From NCBI RefSeq assembly GCF_009914755.1, contig NC_060928.1: a DNA stretch of 64,000 nucleotides. One strand, 5' to 3'. Shown one piece after another: positions 58,430-64,000 of the stretch; positions within the stretch are counted from its first letter, which is position 1, and each line of letters begins with the position of its first letter. The position numbers and the translations under genes are program-made. A model generated the notes under the pieces. The model saw only the letters and a list, made by a program, of their open reading frames with translations, ran no database searches and was not told the DNA's origin. The DNA comes from the human T2T-CHM13v2.0 reference genome, Homo sapiens.

Positions 58430-58550
58430 AAATACAAATCCTGCTGCTTCATGCTTAGGAGCAAGCCAGGTGTCTCAAAGCCAGTGGAAGAAAGAATTAG
58501 GGCTGGGCACTTGGACCTCAGCCCAAACACCACAGAGATCATCTTCCATG
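58430..58550 (+). pseudogene. Candidate pseudo-exon (121 nt)
   Basis: Acceptor tgtcctctctcattcag| and donor CATG|gtaatg; two frames are open. Confidence 0.45.
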
Positions 58551-58832
58551 GTAATGTATTTGGCATCAGGAAACCACTGTTCACTGACTCTGAACTTTGC
58601 AACCCCATTCCCAACGGCTCTTGAAGCCATTGGTAAGTACAAGGGGAAAAGAGAAGGGGAATAATGGTAGCCTCAGGCAGAGGTGAAGGGCCTGATTTTG
58701 TAATCCAAGAAATGCTGAGAAAAAGCCTCCCATATCCCAAAGGAAAAGGAAGGCTGAACTATCCAAGGGATGCAAATGAAAGACCTTTATCTTGGTACTA
58801 CCTTCTTTCTTGTGTATGACTGTTCATCACAG

Positions 58833-59070
58833 CACTCTTTCCTGCCCAGCCAGGATATCGTCTGATAATCCTTCTCAAAGTAATGTTCCAAGGAGGCCTT
58901 ACCAACTGGCTGAAATTAACCTCAGACCCATTTGACATCTTCGATTTATGCTATAGGATAGCAGCATTTCTTCACTGGGGAAACCATTTTGCTGGACCCA
59001 GGAAGAGTAGGAAGAGTAATGGCTTGTTTTTTTTTCTGGAAGGTCTGCCTAATACCATGGAAACATGAGT
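58833..59070 (+). pseudogene. Pseudo-exon, start of an RGS-like box
   Basis: Reads VPRRPYQLAEINLRPI*HLRFML*DSSISSLGKPFCWTQ, then NGLFF/FWKV across a T9 run; 9-bp tandem duplication ggaagagta. Confidence 0.5.
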
Positions 59071-59245
59071 ATAGTACAAGTGGACTGTTATTTTCTATGG
59101 ATGGATCATATGATAGATCTATAGACAGGTAATATCTTCCTCCTGTTTGTCTTGTTTGCACCAACATTCCAAGTGCTTTGCTGTCTTTGACATGTAGTCA
59201 ATACTTAGTACATGTGTGCTGAATTAATAAATGAATGGAAAAAAT

Positions 59246-59570
59246 GGCCAGGATTAGTAGCTCACGCCTTTAGTTCCAGCACTTTGGAAGGCTGAGGTGG
59301 GCAGATTACTTGAGCCTAGGAGTTCAAGACCAGCCTGGGCAACATGGTGAAACCCCATTTCTCACACGAAAAAAAAAAATTAGTTGGGCGTGGTGACATG
59401 CACCTGTAGTCCCAGCTACTCAGGAAGCTGAGGTGAGAGGATTCCTTGAGAATGGGAGGTGGAGATTGCAGTGAGCCGATATTGGACCACTGTACTCCAG
59501 CCTGGGTGACAGAGTGAGACGCTGTCTCAAAAAATAATACAATTTAAAAGAAAAGAAAAGAAAAAATGGC
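59246..59570 (+). mobile_element. Alu
   Basis: Dimeric Alu with A-rich tail. Confidence 0.93.
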
Positions 59571-60992
59571 TAAAGCTAAATCATGGTGTTCTATTCCCAT
59601 TTTGTAATTTAGAATGAGTTTACCAGAATAGTTTGTTTTGAATTTTTCTCCTTTCTACCTTTAAATAAAATATTGAGATCTGCTGATATTTAATTTAGCA
59701 GTGCTACTGAACTCATAGCAAACAAATGTTAAGGGAAAACTTTAGAAATGTGATTTAAGGGAAAACAATTCCATATGTATATTTTGAGGTGCAGAGAACA
59801 GCATACAAATAATATGGGGATATTTTTCTACTAGTGAAATGCATGGAATTCTATGTCACCAATTCATGGTGACATGAATTGTTTTCAGGTGTTCCATGAT
59901 CTGAATATGTTTAAAAACTACTTTCCCCTGTCAATCCTTATATTTTAGAGCAATAATTCTTAAACTATAGTGTGCAACAGAATTACCTAGAAGGCTTGTT
60001 AAAACATAGATTGCTAAGTCCTGCCCTCAGAGTTTCTGATTCGGTAGGTTTGCAGTTCTCACAAGTTCTCAGGTGATACTGTTGGTCCATGACCATACTT
60101 GGAATATTTAGGGCATAATTTATTGAGATTAAGATGCCTTTTATTTGCTTTGGTGGATCCTCCTAACTGAATATCCTCCAAAAGATGGAGGACATCATAA
60201 GAGTCACCAGTGCACATAATAACTCACTAAGTCATGTGAAACCCTGTGAGGGGTGCACTGTGATTATCCCCACTCTGAGGCAGAGAAAATCTGAATAGTA
60301 AATGGGAAGAACCAGCTCTTGGACCCAGGTAGTCTAGCTTCAGAGTCTTAAACACAACATGTTAATGACTTTTAAGAAAAAGGCTGAGGTACATCCCTCC
60401 AATCATGTAGTTCTGAGCGAGGCTGAGAAAAATAACTGAGGAGATTCCAAAAGCCTGTCTCATGGATCAGAAGAGAAGCAAGCAATGGGATCTCTCAGCG
60501 GGATTGCACTGGAGAGACGCTCCCTTCCTGCCTTGTTGTCACTGCTTAGGGCAAAATGAAACTTCCTTCTTCAGAGGGCATAGCAAATGACTGGAAACAG
60601 CCTAGATGTTCCTTTATTCGAAGAGGACTGATAAAATGCACTAAATAAAGGTGCATTTGTACCATGAATGGAACACAGCTGCAAAAAAAGTTAAAAAAAA
60701 AAAGAATAGGGAAGAGGTTTATGTACTAGTAGGTAAATAGCACCAAGATGTATTGTTAATTTTTTTAACAGGAAAAATAACGCATTTATGTTTGTCTACA
60801 TGTGCATAAAGTATCCTAGAAGGACACATAATAAATCCTAGAAGGACACATATAGGACAAATAATAGTAGCCATTTGGGAGAAAGGGCACTAAGTGATTA
60901 GGGACAGGAATGGGAGGGTGGCTTTCTTCTCTTTTTCCCTTTATATATTTTTGAGTTTTGAAATAATAAAATAATTAACATTTAAAAGTTGG

Positions 60993-61337
60993 TGATATGG
61001 TTTGACTGTGTCCTCACCCAAATCTCATCTTGAATTGTAGTTCGCATAATCCCCACATGTCGTGGGAGGGACCCAGTGAAAAGTAATTAAATCATGAGGG
61101 GAGGTTACCCCTACGCTGCTGTTCTTGCGAGACAGTGAGTGAGTTCACGTGAGATCTGATGGTTTTATAAGGGGCTTTTCCCTCTTTGCTTGGCACTTCT
61201 CCATCCTGCCATCATATGAAGAAGGACATGTTTGCTTCCCCTTCTCCCATGATTGTAAGTTTCCTGAGGGAACTTTCCTTTATAAATTACCCAGCCTCGG
61301 GCAGTTCTTTATAGCAGTGTGAGAACGGACTAATACA
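60993..61337 (+). mobile_element. THE1-family solo LTR
   Basis: tgatatggtttgactgtgtc ... gaacggactaataca; 5-bp TSD gttgg. Confidence 0.93.
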
Positions 61338-61626
61338 GTTGGTGATAGATTTTCTATGACTTAATTACCCAGGGAAACTTTTTCACCTTGGGCGCATTTC
61401 CCATTCATTCCCAGAATCTCTAGATCCTTTCTGTTACCCAGTTGGAAGTCCACTGCTGCCTGGTGGACTGTGTTTAGGGCCTGTTTAGTATCAGCTTGTG
61501 AAACGCAGTTTTCACTGTGTGTGTTTCAATGACTTTAAAATTATTTTTGCATTGTATGTAAATTACCAAACATAAACGATTTAGAAGAAATAAAAAGCTT
61601 ATTTTTCTTAAGAAACAGTGGCTACT

Positions 61627-61662
61627 GTCACTTCTCGGCCTTTTGGCTAAGATCAAGTGTGT
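61627..61662 (+). pseudogene. 3'-truncated U2 snRNA retropseudogene (about nt 1-36)
   Basis: gtcacttctcggccttttggctaagatcaagtgt matches the U2 5' end; 14-bp TSD aaa(c/a)agtggctact at 61613-61626 and 61663-61676. Confidence 0.92.
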
Positions 61663-61679
61663 AAAAAGTGGCTACTTTA

Positions 61680-61905
61680 ATAATAATGGTGTCTTACATT
61701 TATATAGCACTTTATTGCTTATAAAATCCTTTCACATGCATTAGGTCATTTATACCTCACAACAGCTCTGAGAGGTAGCTATTATAGTTCCCATTTAATA
61801 GATGAAGAAACTGAGGCTCACAGAGTTCCAGTAATTTGTCCAAGGTCACAAAGCTGTTAAATAGTAGAGCCAGGACTGATACTCAACTATTCTGACTCTA
61901 AAGCC
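61680..61905 (-). mobile_element. MIR
   Basis: cctcacaacagctctgagaggtag...gatgaagaaactgaggctcacagag...aaggtcaca MIR core. Confidence 0.8.
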
Positions 61906-62883
61906 AGTGAAATTTTTCCTCTGCCTTTTTTTTATAATAGTAAAAAGAGAAAAATTAATATGCTTTAAAAAAAGAAAAAGTCTGAAACATCCATAATGTC
62001 ATGATTCCAACAAAAACATTATTAAATTTACATATTATCTTCCAGGGTTTGTCCATGTGCCGACAACTGCTATCTAGTTACAATCATAATATATGTACAA
62101 TTATGTATTCTGTTTTCCCTCACTTTGCTCTACTACCCTGAAGCATTTTCCAAGTTGCAACATAATTTTCATAATTAGCAAATTAATAGGTTCACATTTC
62201 ATCAAGAACCATACTATGGCAATCTGGTACTGTTTAAGATGGATTCATTTGATTCATTCATTCATTCATTCAACAAATAATTATTAAGGCCCTACCATGT
62301 GGCAGGTCCTTGCCAGCAGTCGAGGACATGCCAGTGATAGGCACGCACAGGCGAGTAACACTGACGTGGCCTCAAGGTGAGGAAGCAACAGATCAGGGAT
62401 TTGTTACTAAAAAATACAACAGTACTGTAAACACCTTTGTGCTTCCAGTTTTTTTTTTTTGAACTATTTTAACAAAAAGTGAATTACACTTTTATGGCTT
62501 AAAATATCTATATTCCTCTACACTGCTATCAGAAATACATGCCTGTACAGCTTCATTATAACCTCACCAGCACTGAGTATTTTTAGTGGAAAAGAATGTT
62601 TGTTAATTTTACAGCTGGAAAATGGTGCTCCATTGTTGCTTTAATTTGCATGTCTTTGATTAATAGTGATGTTAATGTTTTTCCATAGACCTGTTTATTA
62701 AATGCATTTCTTCTTGTTTGAATTGTCTGTGTTTTGTCCTTTGCCTAATTATCCATTAAGGTCTTATTATTTTCTTGTCTATGTGTGAGAGTTCTTTATA
62801 TAATTTATTTCAGTAATATTTCAATATCATTTAAAAATTGACTTGAACTGACGTTTTATATTGTAAAGATAATATAAACATGA

Positions 62884-63353
<470 letters not shown>

Positions 63354-63369
63354 CCTTTAATTATTTATT

Positions 63370-64000
63370 GTTATTATTATTATTATGTATTTCCATAGGT
63401 TTTTGAGGAACACATGGTATTTGGCTACATGAATAAGTTCTTTAGTGGTGATCTGTGAGATTTTGGTGCACCCATCACCCGAGCAGTATACACTGAACCC
63501 GATTTGTAGCCTTTTATCATTCACCCCCCTTCCCATCCTTTCCCCCTGAGTCCCCAAAGTCCATTATATCATTCGTATGCCTTTGCATCCTCATAGCTTA
63601 GCTCTCACTTACTTATGAGTGAGAACATACGATGTTTGATTTTCCATTCCTGAGTTACTTCACTTAGAATAATAGTCTCCAATCCCATCCAGGTTGCTGC
63701 AAATGCCATTAATTCGTTCCTTTTTATGGCTGAGTAGTATTCCATTGTATACATATATACCACAGTGTCTTTATCCACTTACTGATTGATGGGCATTTGG
63801 GTTGGTTCCACATTTTTGCAATTGCAAATTTGCTCCTATAAATATGCATGTGCAAGTATCTCTTTTGTATAGTGACTTCTTTTCCTCTGGGCAGATACCT
63901 AGTAGTGGGATTACTGGATCAAACAGTAGTTTTACTCTTAGTTCTTTAAGGAATCTCCACACTGTTTTCCATAGTGGTTGTACTAGCTTACATTCCCACC
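63370..64000 (-). mobile_element. L1PB/older L1PA 3' end, continuing beyond the window
   Basis: Antisense L1 3'UTR and ORF2 end (ORF 63771-63962). Confidence 0.93.

Noticed and set aside
60813-60852. 18-bp near-tandem duplication (also a 14-bp one at about 36343-36370)
   Set aside because: Simple slippage duplications inside old repeats with no sign of function.

Overview
Primate (human-like) genomic DNA, AT-rich and about half interspersed repeats: Alu, L1PA/L1PB/L1M, L2, MIR, THE1/MST/MLT1/MER51 LTRs, Tigger3, MER63, MADE1 and a truncated U2 snRNA retrocopy. I find no intact protein-coding gene. The longest ORFs in the track are L1 ORF2 pieces; most others are Alu-derived or chance ORFs. 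The main non-repeat signal is a series of about 20 plus-strand exon-like segments from about 2.4 to 59 kb. Many have polypyrimidine-AG acceptors and GT donors. Translated by hand through stops and frameshifts, they repeatedly give RGS-domain-like motifs resembling the RGS22/RGSL1 family. Together they suggest a heavily decayed, intron-containing (unitary-type) pseudogene of a large gene with roughly 8-10 tandem RGS boxes, one exon of which is split by an L1PA insertion. The RGS assignment rests on by-eye alignment to family sequences recalled from memory and needs HMM/TBLASTN confirmation. Smaller oddities include a locally templated patchwork insertion, a twin-primed inverted L1 only 27 bp from another L1, and a 93-bp TSD-flanked orphan retro-insert.
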